A DNA stretch of 64,000 nucleotides from Escherichia phage F2: the sequence record NC_054913.1; one strand, written 5' to 3'. Shown in pieces: positions 27,220 through 40,771 of the stretch. The notes beneath the pieces were generated by a model, which was not told the origin of the DNA, made no database searches, and worked only from the letters and a program-made list of their open reading frames with translations. Position numbers and translations under genes: made by a program. Each line of letters starts with the position of its first letter. The stretch's first letter is position 1.

Positions 27220-28788
27220 TTAAATTCCTTTAACGTAGACGCGTCTAAAGTAAGCGTTCTTACCAAGGCTGTTCAGGATAGACGGCATACCGGACTGGAT
27301 GCGAGCACCTGGAGCCTGCAGGGAACTTTCAGCAAACGGGTTAACACCGATACCGTAACGAGTTTTAAAGCCCATTACTGGCTGGAAGTTCTTAGGATCG
27401 GAACCACGTAGTGGGGTAAGTGCAACGTAAGGAGCATAGTAAATACCTGCATCCATTTCGTTAGCGCCTTTGTAACCAACGGTGAAGTAATCCTGTTTAG
27501 CATACTGGTCGATGTATACTCGGTATTTACCACCAAGTACACCGGCAAATACAGATTTAGTAGTGTCGGTATTAAAACCAGAAGCCAGACCCTGTGCAGC
27601 ATAAGAAATACCAGTATCAACTGAAGCCAGTACGTTAACTACGTTACGGGAAGCGATAATGAAGTTACCTTCACCACGACCGGTTTGACGAGCAATTTCA
27701 ACTGCTTCTTTATCAATCTGGAACAACAGAGCTTTAAAGCTTTCACCGGCCCAACGAGCACCACGGATATCAATCGGGTCCTGGAAGTCAAATACACCAG
27801 CTTTAGAACCAACGATATTAGTCATACCAGATTTACCAACCTGAGCGGAGTAGTTAATCCAGTCAACAACTTCACGGTTGATTTCCAGCATAATTTCAGT
27901 GGCAAGAATACCGCTCAGTTCAGCATCAGCATCCATACCGTGTACTGCACGGAGGTCTTGTGCCAATTCGATGGAGTAAGCTGCTTTCAGCTGACGAGAT
28001 TTAGCTTCAATAACTTGTTTGTCGATACGGAAGCCCATTTCGTTCCACGGGTTGTCGGTAGAACCATTGAAGCCTTCCTGAAGTTCAGCGATAGAAGTAG
28101 CCATACCTTCAGCGATTTCTACCAGTACACCAGCTTCCATTTGTTTCTTAATTTCAGCATCCAGTTTAGTTGCATCGGTAGCGCCAGCATCGATTGTTAC
28201 TACAGCGGAAGCTTGTAGATACACAGTACCAGTTTCCTGGAAGAAGTGAGTATAGATATCACCTACAACGGTTTGTGTGCTAGCAGCCAGAGCTGGGAAT
28301 TTCTTAGCAGCACCCTGACCAGAGAACATCGCGTCTGGAGCATACATCGGATGGAAAGCTTCTTTAGCGTCAGCAGCGATAGGGTCTTTACCATATACTG
28401 CACGGAGAGCAAATACCTGACCGGTAGGGCTGTTCATAGGCTGAACACCACAAATATCGAAAGCGATCAGATTAGGAATAGCACGACGAACCATACCCAT
28501 AACTGCCGGCCCAATCTGGGTTACTGCACCAGAGGTTTGACCTGCTGCGATGTTCTGAGCATTATAACCATGGTCGCCACCAATTTCAGCTTCGGTCAAG
28601 AAAGAACCAAATGCCTGAGCGATTTTCTCGTCTTTATATTCAGGGGATACTTCGAAATCTTTTTCCTGGTTTTCGAAGATTTTAGCGATAATAGCCTGCT
28701 TGCTATTAGCGATTTCCGGCAGGCCTTCACCTTCCAGCAGTTCTTTCCATTTGTCTACGAGCTGAGCTTTAGTTTTGATAGTAGTCAT
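27220..28788 (-). CDS. 23: major capsid protein gp23
   Basis: 522 aa; near-collinear with T4 gp23 from recall (GEGLPEIANSKQAIIAKIFENQEKDF ... AFGSFLTEAEIGGDHGYNA). Confidence 0.95.
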   Translation of the reverse strand: MTTIKTKAQLVDKWKELLEGEGLPEIANSKQAIIAKIFENQEKDFEVSPEYKDEKIAQAFGSFLTEAEIGGDHGYNAQNIAAGQTSGAVTQIGPAVMGMVRRAIPNLIAFDICGVQPMNSPTGQVFALRAVYGKDPIAADAKEAFHPMYAPDAMFSGQGAAKKFPALAASTQTVVGDIYTHFFQETGTVYLQASAVVTIDAGATDATKLDAEIKKQMEAGVLVEIAEGMATSIAELQEGFNGSTDNPWNEMGFRIDKQVIEAKSRQLKAAYSIELAQDLRAVHGMDADAELSGILATEIMLEINREVVDWINYSAQVGKSGMTNIVGSKAGVFDFQDPIDIRGARWAGESFKALLFQIDKEAVEIARQTGRGEGNFIIASRNVVNVLASVDTGISYAAQGLASGFNTDTTKSVFAGVLGGKYRVYIDQYAKQDYFTVGYKGANEMDAGIYYAPYVALTPLRGSDPKNFQPVMGFKTRYGIGVNPFAESSLQAPGARIQSGMPSILNSLGKNAYFRRVYVKGI

Positions 28789-28805
28789 TTGTGTTAACCT
28801 TTAAA

Positions 28806-29618
28806 TTAGAAACGAGATGCGACTTTCGCATATAAACTTACATTAGAATTCTGTTCTACCTGAGTTGTGGTAGTGTCAACTGCTTCGGCAACAAAATTAA
28901 GACCGGCAGCGTCATTGTCAACTGTATTTATACCTTCGGTAATAGCGGCTTCTTCTTTAGTAGAACCTTTAACCATTTCTACAATAGCAGTTAACTTAGT
29001 ACCAAATGCGTCAGAATAATCCATACCTTCAACCAGGCCAATAACTTTTTCTTTCTGAGATTCAGTCAGGTCTTTTACGCTTTCATTAATAGCGGTTTCA
29101 CGCTGAACGTAATTGATATATGCATCACGTTTGGTAACTTCTTCGAACAAACGAGCGGTTTCTTCTTTATGTTCGGCCAGCTCTTCTTCCATTTCTGCTA
29201 CAACATCTACAGATTCTTCTGGAACAACAACGTTATGTTCAACAAACAGTTCTTTCAGACCACCAAGCATGGATTCGAACAAATCAGCTTTAATGCCTTT
29301 ATCAACTGCGATTTGGTTTTCTGCGAGCCATTCTTTTGCAAGATGGTCTAGGAATTTAGAAGCTTGTTCAGCCAATTTTTTATCAGCTTTCTCTTCAGCA
29401 TCTTCTTTAGCCTTTTCAACTTCTTCTTCGGCTTTTTCGGCGATGGCTTTGATATGAGATTCAGCCAGTTTGACTGCTTCCTGCTTAACGGTGGCTTCGA
29501 ATACAGTGCTGAAATTAGCTTTAACGTCCGGAGACAGTTCTACTGATTCGAAAACACTATTAAGAGCAACTGAAGTCTCGATGTTTTGAGCTTCTTTCAA
29601 AAGTTGTTCTTTGATCAT
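28806..29618 (-). CDS. 22: prohead core scaffold protein gp22
   Basis: 270 aa versus T4 269; acidic coiled-coil composition. Confidence 0.8.
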   Translation of the reverse strand: MIKEQLLKEAQNIETSVALNSVFESVELSPDVKANFSTVFEATVKQEAVKLAESHIKAIAEKAEEEVEKAKEDAEEKADKKLAEQASKFLDHLAKEWLAENQIAVDKGIKADLFESMLGGLKELFVEHNVVVPEESVDVVAEMEEELAEHKEETARLFEEVTKRDAYINYVQRETAINESVKDLTESQKEKVIGLVEGMDYSDAFGTKLTAIVEMVKGSTKEEAAITEGINTVDNDAAGLNFVAEAVDTTTTQVEQNSNVSLYAKVASRF

Positions 29619-29648
29619 TTTAGTGTCCTGTGGTTTAGATTACATTAT

Positions 29649-29656
29649 TATTTATA
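29649..29656 (-). promoter_or_regulatory. late promoter for gene 22
   Basis: TATTTATA on + 31 bp before the gene 22 start, inside the gene 21 3' end. Confidence 0.45.
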
Positions 29657-30293
29657 ATGCTTTTAAACTCTCTGTGAGAGCTTTAAATGCTTCATCAGCA
29701 CTGTTTTTGGTGATTTCCACCGAATTTTCTGATTCTGATATTTGTTTAGGAGTAACCCAAGCATCTGGAGCAGAAGGTCCCCATACGGCATCTACGCCGA
29801 CGGTTAATTTAAATCCTTCGTTCACGATACGGTACCCTTTATTGGTGTCGGTTAAAGAACCAAGACCACGAGAGGAAACACCTGGAATCCAACCGGCGCG
29901 TATATTAGCAGCTAATTTATCGCCGGGACCATGGTCGCCTTCAATAATTCTAGCACGTCCATATACATCGTTTCCTTTCCACCACATATCTTCAATAATG
30001 ATAGCGGCTTGCATAGGGTCAACATTTGCACGAGGTGGATGGTTTAATTCTCCAAGGGCTTGTTTGGTTTCGACTTGTTCTTTAATATAGTCACTTACTG
30101 CTTTTTCCAAAACACGTTTAGGATATAAACGTTTATTTCGGTTAACAACCTCTGCCTGAAGAAAAATACCTTCTATATAAAGCCCTGGTTTTAAGCCAGA
30201 ATCTTTTCCATCATGAGATTCCAACATTGGAACGCCATCAATAATCTCACCGGGTTGACCCCAAGTTTCAATAAGTAACTCGGGTTTATTCAT
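29652..30293 (-). CDS. 21: prohead protease gp21
   Basis: 213 aa versus T4 212; synteny. Confidence 0.85.
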   Translation of the reverse strand: MNKPELLIETWGQPGEIIDGVPMLESHDGKDSGLKPGLYIEGIFLQAEVVNRNKRLYPKRVLEKAVSDYIKEQVETKQALGELNHPPRANVDPMQAAIIIEDMWWKGNDVYGRARIIEGDHGPGDKLAANIRAGWIPGVSSRGLGSLTDTNKGYRIVNEGFKLTVGVDAVWGPSAPDAWVTPKQISESENSVEITKNSADEAFKALTESLKAL

Positions 30294-30718
30294 TAGCTTA
30301 ATCCTAATGCTTTACGACGTTTAAGAGCTTTTTTACGCTTACGCAAGCCTTTAACTTGGCCTGAAGGGTTAGCTTTTTTAGCTTTAACGACCTTACGAGC
30401 GATTTGTCTACGTTTTGCTTTAGAAAGACCAGTTGTTTGGAACGCGTTACGTTCACGAGTTTTACGGTCTTTAGTGCGAGTGACTTCACCACGAGAAGAA
30501 ACATGTTTAACGATAAACTCATTTAACTGTTCTTCATTAATAATGGAAGCCATTGCAACAGCTAAATCCGTTTCAGTTTCAAGCATGTTCTCGATAATAG
30601 TATTTATATCGTCAATATCGAGAGCAGAAGACAATGCATCGATTCGGCCCTGTGCTTCAGGAATAAGTGCTTCGACATTTTCGAGTACCAATTCATAAGA
30701 TTCAGGGATAAGATACAT
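30293..30718 (-). CDS. 68: prohead core protein gp68
   Basis: 141 aa as T4 gp68; basic C-terminus. Confidence 0.6.
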   Translation of the reverse strand: MYLIPESYELVLENVEALIPEAQGRIDALSSALDIDDINTIIENMLETETDLAVAMASIINEEQLNEFIVKHVSSRGEVTRTKDRKTRERNAFQTTGLSKAKRRQIARKVVKAKKANPSGQVKGLRKRKKALKRRKALGLS

Positions 30719-30954
30719 TATTCATCGTCCTCATCATCTTCGTCTTCGTCGTCATCGCCTTCATCAGCGTCGTCTTCCGAAGCTTTAGCTTTCTTTTCTT
30801 CTTCAGGTTCTTCGCCTTCAATCAAAAATTGAGAAGCGATTTCTGCTTTGCGTGCTTCAATCAAACGAACCGTTTTTTCTGCCATTGCACTTTCAAAAAA
30901 CTTTCGAGTAGCAACGAGGTCGTTTGATTTAATAGCTTGAATTAAATCGTCCAT
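30718..30954 (-). CDS. 67: prohead core protein gp67
   Basis: 78 aa versus T4 80; acidic C-terminal tail. Confidence 0.6.
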   Translation of the reverse strand: MDDLIQAIKSNDLVATRKFFESAMAEKTVRLIEARKAEIASQFLIEGEEPEEEKKAKASEDDADEGDDDEDEDDEDDE

Positions 30955-32525
30955 TAAAAATCCTCTTGTTCTTGGTCGGGGTCTTGGAAACGAGCCTCTT
31001 TCGACTCTTCTTCAATTTGCTTAGCCTCTTGTTCAATTTCCTCGTCAGACATCTGAAGAATATCTTTCATAGCTGTTCTGTGAGAAATATATTTACCAAT
31101 AAATGGTTCGGCCATCTGAAGCATATTAATGCGACGCTCCAGAATCTCAGCATCCTTTAATTCCGAGAAATAACTATCCCGATGAAATTTTATCTTAATA
31201 TTATTTATTTCATCATTCCACTCATCTTCTGTAATAATTCCTTTAAGAATTAAATTAGTTTTAAGCGGGTCTAGGAATATCTCTTCAAATTTATGTTGCA
31301 GCTCACGAATAAATTTACCAAACGACAATTCATCTCGTGTAATAGAAGTACCAGCATCAAACTGTATACCACCTTGGTCACTTGGAATACGGGTAATAGG
31401 AATACGTAAAGCCATATAAAGCGCATTACGGAACCAACGTACATCTTCCATATTTCCAGTATTATCTGCACCTGGTAATGTGTCAACTTCTGTTACTGCT
31501 TTACCATCACGTCGTTGTAACCAATAATCTTCGGTCATCGACATAATATGCTGCTGGTTTTTAATCTTGCCTGTAGTAGCATCATATGCAATACGGTTTT
31601 TCATAGTATTCATAACATGTTGCATATGTTCTGCTGCTTTTCTTGAAGGCATATTACCTGTATCAACGTACCATACACGACGATCAGGAGCACGAGTAAT
31701 ACGATAAATTACTACGGCATCCTCAAGAAGTTTTAATTGGTTCGCTGGCTTAATAGCCCGATGCAAATAACCGATGATATTTTTACCACAACAATCAACT
31801 AAACCAGAATGGGCATAAACAATCGCGGCTTTAGGGATTTTTATTTTTGTGCCAGCTTCATATATGCGACCATCACAAGCATAAGATTCGTGTGATGTGT
31901 CATAAATGAAATATTCTTTATAACCCTTGACTATTTTAACACCGGCTTCAGTGGTTGTAATAACTTCACGGACATATTGAACTTGACGTGGGTCTAAACG
32001 ACGAAGCTCTTTAATACCTTCTTTAGGGCGTTTAGGGTCAATAATTTTATGGAAGAAAATTCGAGAATCCACATACCAACGTCTAAAATGATCTGAACCT
32101 TTACGTTGGAAAGATAAATGATTTAACACTTCGTTAAATTCATCCAACATCATTGATTTGATGTTTGGACTAAATTTTGTGTTGTCTAAATTTATAGAAA
32201 CGACTTCTGTATCATCTTCATACACGATAGCATCGGAAACTATTTCAGAGACCGCGTTATCCACTTCATAGTTCGTCATCAAATTTCGATACGTATCGAT
32301 TAATTCACGGGTTGATTTGAGCCCTGGTTCTTGACTACCGAACATTCTCTGAAACATAGCATTATATGTTTGCTGTGCTTCATTTTCAGATACTTCGTAT
32401 TCTTTAGCGCCGTCGTCTAATTTTGGTGTGGTGATAGATTCTAAATTTTCTTTTTCTTGGTCTTTGTAATCACGTTCGTCCATTTTTGCCCATGGAGCAA
32501 ACAAACTTAAGATATTAAATTTCAT
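30954..32525 (-). CDS. 20: portal vertex protein gp20
   Basis: 523 aa versus T4 524; synteny. Confidence 0.9.
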   Translation of the reverse strand: MKFNILSLFAPWAKMDERDYKDQEKENLESITTPKLDDGAKEYEVSENEAQQTYNAMFQRMFGSQEPGLKSTRELIDTYRNLMTNYEVDNAVSEIVSDAIVYEDDTEVVSINLDNTKFSPNIKSMMLDEFNEVLNHLSFQRKGSDHFRRWYVDSRIFFHKIIDPKRPKEGIKELRRLDPRQVQYVREVITTTEAGVKIVKGYKEYFIYDTSHESYACDGRIYEAGTKIKIPKAAIVYAHSGLVDCCGKNIIGYLHRAIKPANQLKLLEDAVVIYRITRAPDRRVWYVDTGNMPSRKAAEHMQHVMNTMKNRIAYDATTGKIKNQQHIMSMTEDYWLQRRDGKAVTEVDTLPGADNTGNMEDVRWFRNALYMALRIPITRIPSDQGGIQFDAGTSITRDELSFGKFIRELQHKFEEIFLDPLKTNLILKGIITEDEWNDEINNIKIKFHRDSYFSELKDAEILERRINMLQMAEPFIGKYISHRTAMKDILQMSDEEIEQEAKQIEEESKEARFQDPDQEQEDF

Positions 32526-32553
32526 TGTATTCTCCGAATGGGAATTATAGTTA

Positions 32554-32561
32554 TATTTATA
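32554..32561 (-). promoter_or_regulatory. late promoter for gene 20
   Basis: TATTTATA on + 29 bp before the gene 20 start. Confidence 0.5.
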
Positions 32562-32587
32562 TGGACTTCTCCGTCATCACGGGAAGC

Positions 32588-32603
32588 TGGGGATTTCTCC
32601 CCA
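32588..32603 (-). terminator. hairpin after gene 19
   Basis: TGGGGA-TTTC-TCCCCA. Confidence 0.4.
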
Positions 32604-32609
32604 ACCAGA

Positions 32610-33101
32610 TTATTCCCACCAATCAAGAGCAAGAGTTACTTCGAACGTTTCAATCTCGTTATTGCTGTCCCAGTCAAGAGATACTTCACCAACGTTAGTA
32701 GGCCACAAGCCAACAATTTCAACTTCTTTAGTGACCGTTTTAGCATCACGAGCAAATTGACGAACGATAGCAGTCTTTTTATATTCAGCAGGTTTACCAC
32801 CGGTAATTTCATTACCTTGTCCTGCTGCAATACCTTGCCAATCAACAAATTTCTGACGAATGCTATGAGCATCATCGTTCATTACTGTAATAGTCCAATC
32901 ATCGAATGTACGATCACCAGCCACGTTAATTTTACGGTTCATATAAGAAACAGGAACCTTTTCAACGATCGCAGCAGGAAGAGCCGTAGCACGACACTGG
33001 AAGCTAAAGTTTTGCCCAAGATAAGAGATTTCTACTTCAAACAGGTTAGGGCGAGCGAAATCACCTGATTCGAAGGCACGAGTTACGTCATCTACAAACA
33101 T
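32610..33101 (-). CDS. 19: tail tube protein gp19
   Basis: 163 aa as T4 gp19. Confidence 0.85.
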   Translation of the reverse strand: MFVDDVTRAFESGDFARPNLFEVEISYLGQNFSFQCRATALPAAIVEKVPVSYMNRKINVAGDRTFDDWTITVMNDDAHSIRQKFVDWQGIAAGQGNEITGGKPAEYKKTAIVRQFARDAKTVTKEVEIVGLWPTNVGEVSLDWDSNNEIETFEVTLALDWWE

Positions 33102-33174
33102 ATTAGCCTCTGTAGTAATATGGGCTTAGGATTAACCAGATGCCCATAGAATTAATTTTTAAACGATATAGTTA

Positions 33175-33182
33175 TATTTATA
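33175..33182 (-). promoter_or_regulatory. late promoter for gene 19
   Basis: TATTTATA on + between the gene 18 stop and the gene 19 start. Confidence 0.45.
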
Positions 33183-33203
33183 TGGGCTACCGAAATAGCC
33201 CAT
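33182..33203 (-). terminator. hairpin after gene 18
   Basis: ATGGGCTA-CCGAAA-TAGCCCAT. Confidence 0.45.
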
Positions 33204-33214
33204 CAGGCGTCTTA

Positions 33215-35197
33215 TTAGCCACTTACAGTACCAATTAGTTCGTCGAAATCGGCACCAGTTGCTGTTGCTACAAAGTTCAACGTAATATAATTTATCGAGC
33301 GGGCAGGTTGTAAGTAGAAAGTAGCTACAAATTCATTACGGTCGATAACTGCTGGGGTGTTATTGGTAGTATCACAAACAACTTTAAAGTTATATACACC
33401 ACCAAGAGCTTTAATACCCTGTAGATATTGAGAAGTCTCTGTACGGAAAGAAGAACGGGTAAATGCGTTGTTCAATTCAAACAGGCGATATTTAGATGCT
33501 GAACCAATGTTCGTTTTAACCATATTGAACAAACGACGAACGTTAATACGGTCAAATGGTGAAGGAACAGAAGTGGCAGTTTTATCACCATACAGAACAT
33601 ACCCATCACCACCGGTACCAGTAACAGGGTTAATAGCTTCCTGATACAAACGATCACGCTGTGGTTGGCGAGTTTCAATTGCAAGCTTAATAACGTTAAG
33701 AATTTGTCCACGGTTATAACCGGCAGGAGACATCCAAGGCTGAGAAATATTGTCTGTGCGAGCACAAAGACCAGCAATATCAGCAGCTAATGGAACCCAA
33801 CGATTCACGTCATTATATTTGTCATATTGATATTTATAGTTACCGTCAATAGCAGCATAAGTAGAACTTATATTAAAGTTATTATCAGTGTAAGTTCCTG
33901 ACGCAGTACGCCAATCGACCAGATTATCAACTGCACGATTAACAGGAATACCGACTACAGTTGCACGTGGCGGTGAGCAAAGAACCAAACAATCTTGGCG
34001 AGAATCACCAATTGCTACAACATGTTTCTGAACTGTAGAAGCAACTTCTAAAGATTCACCTGCACAAGAACCGGCAATAAACAACTGCGCATTAACAGAT
34101 TCACGGTCAGCAAACAAATCCCAAGCTTCCATTAAATCACCAGCGTCAACCGTTTCATTAGATGATAAGCCACCACTCAGTTTGATTACGCCAGAGAAAC
34201 CTTTTGGCCAACCTTGTGCAGTAGCGAAAATATAATTGCTTGCGCCTTTAGCAAAGAAATCATCAATAAAGATATTACTACCATAAATATCGCGTTCACC
34301 ACGCTTAGTAGAAAGAATTACGCTCTGAACTACAGCATCGTTACGACGAACGATAATTGCATATTGGTCATCAGTTTGTGGGCCATATCCAAAGATTGCT
34401 TTAGCAGTAGATGCACGAGTACCACCATCAGGATAAATTTTTAACTGGGCTGAAGCACCTTTGTCATAGTCTGCTTTAGATACGATTTCAATTTCGAGCT
34501 GGTCGCCAAGTTCACCAGGATAAAGAGCAACTACGCCTGGGACACCGTATTTTTTAATAGATTCTTGGAAAGTTAGAGAAGTAATAGCTTCTTCAGAAGT
34601 TTCAACTTCAGTTAACAGAATACCTGAATCGGTTACGATAGAACCAATTGTAATAACGCCAGAAAGTCCAGAAGAAGAACTGGCAACTTCGGCGGTCCAA
34701 TTAGAACCCAATGCCGGATATTCATTAATTTCTTTTGCACGAGCAATAATTTTACCGGTTGGGATATAAATGTTAAGAATTTTACCATCGACATCAACTG
34801 AAGTGACATAACCATCTGCTTCAACAGTTTCGGTCAAATACTTAACGATAATTTTATCACCAACTGCATAGTTACTACCAGCAGCAGAGATTGTGAATTC
34901 AATATTGCCTGCTACAGGAGATGAGTTCTTAGCAGCATCACGATCAACTGCGCGTACAACACGAAGGTCATTACCATATTGAAGGAAGTTCATAGCAGAC
35001 ATGAAATAATCTGCTGTATCCGTATTAGGAGTACCAAACATATCAACCAATGCAACTTCATCAGTGATTTGTTTAATCTGGAATGCAGGTCCCCATTGGA
35101 ATTTTCCAGCCAGGGCAGCGGTACCAGTGGAGTTATTAACTACAGTACTCTGTACGGTAGTTTCTTTGAGCTCAACGCCCGGAGAGAGAAGTGCCAT
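33215..35197 (-). CDS. 18: tail sheath protein gp18
   Basis: 660 aa versus T4 659. Confidence 0.9.
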   Translation of the reverse strand: MALLSPGVELKETTVQSTVVNNSTGTAALAGKFQWGPAFQIKQITDEVALVDMFGTPNTDTADYFMSAMNFLQYGNDLRVVRAVDRDAAKNSSPVAGNIEFTISAAGSNYAVGDKIIVKYLTETVEADGYVTSVDVDGKILNIYIPTGKIIARAKEINEYPALGSNWTAEVASSSSGLSGVITIGSIVTDSGILLTEVETSEEAITSLTFQESIKKYGVPGVVALYPGELGDQLEIEIVSKADYDKGASAQLKIYPDGGTRASTAKAIFGYGPQTDDQYAIIVRRNDAVVQSVILSTKRGERDIYGSNIFIDDFFAKGASNYIFATAQGWPKGFSGVIKLSGGLSSNETVDAGDLMEAWDLFADRESVNAQLFIAGSCAGESLEVASTVQKHVVAIGDSRQDCLVLCSPPRATVVGIPVNRAVDNLVDWRTASGTYTDNNFNISSTYAAIDGNYKYQYDKYNDVNRWVPLAADIAGLCARTDNISQPWMSPAGYNRGQILNVIKLAIETRQPQRDRLYQEAINPVTGTGGDGYVLYGDKTATSVPSPFDRINVRRLFNMVKTNIGSASKYRLFELNNAFTRSSFRTETSQYLQGIKALGGVYNFKVVCDTTNNTPAVIDRNEFVATFYLQPARSINYITLNFVATATGADFDELIGTVSG

Positions 35198-35224
35198 TTT
35201 AATTCCTCTTAATTTGCTTTATTT

Positions 35225-37550
<2,326 letters not shown>

Positions 37551-38375
37551 TTATTGTTTTCTAGGACCAGGAGGGGTTGGTGGAGTCGGGATTGGAATAT
37601 CATGAGTATAAGTTTGTTCAACTTCGCCATTCCAATCTTGTGCTTCAACGTCTCTCGGTTTAATTTCTGTATCAACTGATTCAAAAACGCTGGCGGCTGA
37701 TTGAAGGTCTCGTTCATTAGCATGAAAATCAAGATAAGTCGTTTTAATAAGGCCTTCTGCTGCGCCTACCGGAGGATACATCCATCCATTTACTTCAAAT
37801 GTTAATGACCACTCTAAACGTCGACGGGATAAATTATCACCGTCTATTTGTTCATCCATTGCTGCTGCCATCCATACGACTTTAATATCCCTTTCAAATG
37901 GAATATCCTGCCCATATTGCTCAATCATAGTCGTATTAAAATGCGGCTGAAAATATGGAATAATTTGCTCAACGATTTGGAACATATCATCTTCATAACG
38001 AGTAAAGATGCTCAGTTCAAAAATCATTTTAATTGGTGATGGGTTGTATTGGTCTACAATATCCTTAGTCGATTTACTCAAAAGAGAGTTATTCAATATA
38101 TTCGTTTTAAACGTTGGGTTATAAACGAAATCTACCATTTGGAGATTTATACGTGGTAGAATAGTTTCGACTTTAGCCACATCTTCTTGTGAGTTTATAG
38201 AGGTCCATTTATTAAGTTTCATCATAAAGTGCTCTTTAGATGCATACGTAATAGGAACTCTAATTAATTTATTGCCTGTAGACAATTGACGGTTAACTTG
38301 GATATTTGAAAACAAATCGCCCATCATTGTGATATATCGCCTGAACGACGAGTTGTAAAAATAACCAAACATCAT
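37551..38375 (-). CDS. 15: tail sheath stabiliser / completion protein gp15
   Basis: 274 aa versus T4 272; synteny. Confidence 0.8.
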   Translation of the reverse strand: MMFGYFYNSSFRRYITMMGDLFSNIQVNRQLSTGNKLIRVPITYASKEHFMMKLNKWTSINSQEDVAKVETILPRINLQMVDFVYNPTFKTNILNNSLLSKSTKDIVDQYNPSPIKMIFELSIFTRYEDDMFQIVEQIIPYFQPHFNTTMIEQYGQDIPFERDIKVVWMAAAMDEQIDGDNLSRRRLEWSLTFEVNGWMYPPVGAAEGLIKTTYLDFHANERDLQSAASVFESVDTEIKPRDVEAQDWNGEVEQTYTHDIPIPTPPTPPGPRKQ

Positions 38376-38424
38376 TTCTCCTAACCGGCCTTTCGACCGG
38401 TGTTTGCTTTATCTTATCTATTTA

Positions 38425-39189
38425 TTAATTCATAAACCCATCGTCAAATGGTGAATTTTGTCTACCACGGTTGTTAACTACTACATACGGCTCAACGTAT
38501 TCACTTGCCTCTGAATTGATTTGCTCAACTTCAGAATATTCATCGATATTAATGTCATGGATACCGTCAAGATTTCTAACAGGGTTAAGTTCCAAGTCAC
38601 TAAATTCAGGTATATTGATACCTTCATTTTTCTGAAGCACCGGATTGATTTCTTCGCCAGAGTAAATAAACTTGCCTGCAGTAATTTTACGAATCGCATT
38701 TTTACCTACTTGATAGAATGGGTCATATGGTTCAACCCAGTTAATCTCAAACAAACTGTTATCCATTGGGAAGTATATTAAATCACCTTCCTTGGGCTCC
38801 TGATTGTTGACCTGGTGTTTGAAAAGACCTGGGTTAATAGATAATGTAACTTCGTCTTGAACTTGCATTCCGAAGTTGCTGAAGAACGATTTCGCTCCTT
38901 CATAACCTTCAAAAGAGTTCAGATATGCAGCAAATTTCCATGCTTTAGTAAATTTATTTTTAAGGTCCTCACCAAAGATAAGGTCCACGGCAACATATTC
39001 ACGTGGAACATAAAAACATTCAATACCGCGCATCTGTATGCTTTCTGCTACTAACACATCAGCTAGGGTTTGACTATTTTCGTATTTGTTGAAGTTCACG
39101 TATTTGTTTAAAATCTCGGTTTCATTAGTTTTAGAATAGCCTTCTCGGTTTTCTAACTTTGCAAATAAATTTGAATTATACGTCGACAT
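38425..39189 (-). CDS. 14: neck protein gp14
   Basis: 254 aa versus T4 256; synteny. Confidence 0.8.
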   Translation of the reverse strand: MSTYNSNLFAKLENREGYSKTNETEILNKYVNFNKYENSQTLADVLVAESIQMRGIECFYVPREYVAVDLIFGEDLKNKFTKAWKFAAYLNSFEGYEGAKSFFSNFGMQVQDEVTLSINPGLFKHQVNNQEPKEGDLIYFPMDNSLFEINWVEPYDPFYQVGKNAIRKITAGKFIYSGEEINPVLQKNEGINIPEFSDLELNPVRNLDGIHDINIDEYSEVEQINSEASEYVEPYVVVNNRGRQNSPFDDGFMN

Positions 39190-39811
39190 AATTCCATCCT
39201 GCCCATTTAGGTTTGTTGTTTTTGCATCGGCCTATAACCGCGCTTGATGTGATATTAAATTCTTCACCACATTCTTTGCAGGTGTTAAATATTTTACCAT
39301 TTACACTAACTTTTCGAGCTGCTGGATTTTTTGAACCAGAAAAATCAGGATGTCTATGTTTGAAATCTTTCCACATTCTTGCTGTAGATTCTTTACGTTT
39401 TCTTAACCCTTCTTCAGTCCATTTTCTTGATTTTGCGGCGTCAGACATTTTCTTTTTAGATTGGGCTGAACGTTTTTGTCCTATAGATGGATTATCTTCT
39501 GGGTTAATATACGACCTTCCGCCTGCACCACCTTTAACAAGATTTGCGCAATTTTCTAAAATGGATAATTCATCTACCAGTAACTCTTCAGCTTCATCCA
39601 TTAGAGCTTTAGATTCAAATGGCTTAGACCATATAATTTCTTTTATACAAGACGGACCGTATTTTCTTTTGGCCCTTCGTATAAAGGTACCAGACCCAGT
39701 ATAAGGGTCTTTTGAAGGGTCTTCGTAAACTGATTTGTGTTTACCACCATAAATCTTTATACCGGTGGATGTTTCAAATGTTGTAATATACAATCTGTAG
39801 TATGTTGCCAT
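39176..39811 (-). CDS. GIY-YIG homing endonuclease inserted between genes 13 and 14
   Basis: [28 protein letters not shown] motif, downstream R, E, N; NUMOD-like basic repeat; C-terminal CKECGEEF Zn finger. Confidence 0.65.
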   Translation of the reverse strand: MATYYRLYITTFETSTGIKIYGGKHKSVYEDPSKDPYTGSGTFIRRAKRKYGPSCIKEIIWSKPFESKALMDEAEELLVDELSILENCANLVKGGAGGRSYINPEDNPSIGQKRSAQSKKKMSDAAKSRKWTEEGLRKRKESTARMWKDFKHRHPDFSGSKNPAARKVSVNGKIFNTCKECGEEFNITSSAVIGRCKNNKPKWAGWNYVDV

Positions 39812-39812
39812 A

Positions 39813-40739
39813 TTAACCTACCAAAATACCTGCAGGAGGGTCCAGTAAATATAACTCTTCTCGTAAAGCTTCTTTCTCTAAACGAGCTTCTTCAATTAAT
39901 CGAACACCATCAACAGTGACGCCACCAGGTAACATCATACCTTGATGTCTAGCAAGAATTTGTCCGTTAAGCTCTTTAGCTAATGCAGTTGCATAATCTT
40001 TAACCCAGCGGTTGTTATATGCGCCTTGTTTAGTTGCAGGATCTTCACCAACTCGACGTCCGACCAAATTATGGTCTGGATTATCATAACGTTCAGAAAT
40101 AGACCATGAATCACGAGGACCGACCTGTCCGTACCCTACTGTATTTCCTACCATCTTATGGGTCTCGATATAAGAGCGAACATACGATTCAACGATAATG
40201 ACATCTTTCTGTCTAAAGTTACCCATTACTTTTAATTGCTCGTTTGCAGAGTTAAACCAAAAATCTGGAAGAGGAGCAATCATATCTTGAAGCATACCCA
40301 TATAAGATACTAATTGAGAATAATACCCGAGGTCAGCGCCAAAAGCGTTCGGACCGTAGAATTTACCACAATTACTACCCATACCACCTGAAACACCTGC
40401 CATTCCTAAAAGGAAATCAGTGAACCATGGATAAGTTGCATTACCATCCATTGAAGTAATAGAGCCAACATTTGTTCTTATAATTCTTGTTACAGCAAAT
40501 ACGTTAGAACCGCGCATATCAAATACGCCGTGACGGTATTTTTCTTCGTCATCAACAAAAAATACATGGAAACCTTTATTCAACCCGTCAAAATGGTATT
40601 CGCCATAAAGTTCTAACGCTCGTGAAATACAATCATAAATTTGGTCTGTAGTTAATTCAACATTTACAATAGGAGCGCCTAAACGACGTAATATTACGTC
40701 CTTTAATTCTTTAGGGTTTTGTGCATTATAACCTGACAT
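39813..40739 (-). CDS. 13: neck protein gp13
   Basis: 308 aa versus T4 309. Confidence 0.8.
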   Translation of the reverse strand: MSGYNAQNPKELKDVILRRLGAPIVNVELTTDQIYDCISRALELYGEYHFDGLNKGFHVFFVDDEEKYRHGVFDMRGSNVFAVTRIIRTNVGSITSMDGNATYPWFTDFLLGMAGVSGGMGSNCGKFYGPNAFGADLGYYSQLVSYMGMLQDMIAPLPDFWFNSANEQLKVMGNFRQKDVIIVESYVRSYIETHKMVGNTVGYGQVGPRDSWSISERYDNPDHNLVGRRVGEDPATKQGAYNNRWVKDYATALAKELNGQILARHQGMMLPGGVTVDGVRLIEEARLEKEALREELYLLDPPAGILVG

Positions 40740-40750
40740 ATAAATCCTTT

Positions 40751-40766
40751 AGGGCCCGAAGGCCCT
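40751..40766 (-). promoter_or_regulatory. intercistronic UUCG hairpin between wac and gene 13
   Basis: AGGGCC-CGAA-GGCCCT on + (UUCG loop on the mRNA strand). Confidence 0.4.
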
Positions 40767-40771
40767 TTTCA

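Noticed and set aside
27081-27620. ORFs 27081-27266 (-), 27199-27411 (+) and 27375-27620 (-)
   Set aside because: They overlap the segD-like gene end, the convergent hairpin or the major capsid gene in wrong frames; no RBS.
29113-30090. + strand ORFs (29113-29457, 29169-29351, 29364-29546, 29611-30090) inside genes 22 and 21
   Set aside because: Antisense to conserved head genes; Ser-rich low-complexity translations typical of the reverse frame of a Glu/Lys-rich scaffold gene.
38401-38424. MotA-box-like TTGCTTTA on the + strand
   Set aside because: All genes here are on the - strand and no suitably spaced -10 follows; likely chance.
39828-39835. CCTGCAGG 8-bp palindrome near the start of the endonuclease gene at 39811
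   Set aside because: A loop-less palindrome inside the gene 13 3' end; no flanking repeat or other evidence of a regulatory hairpin.
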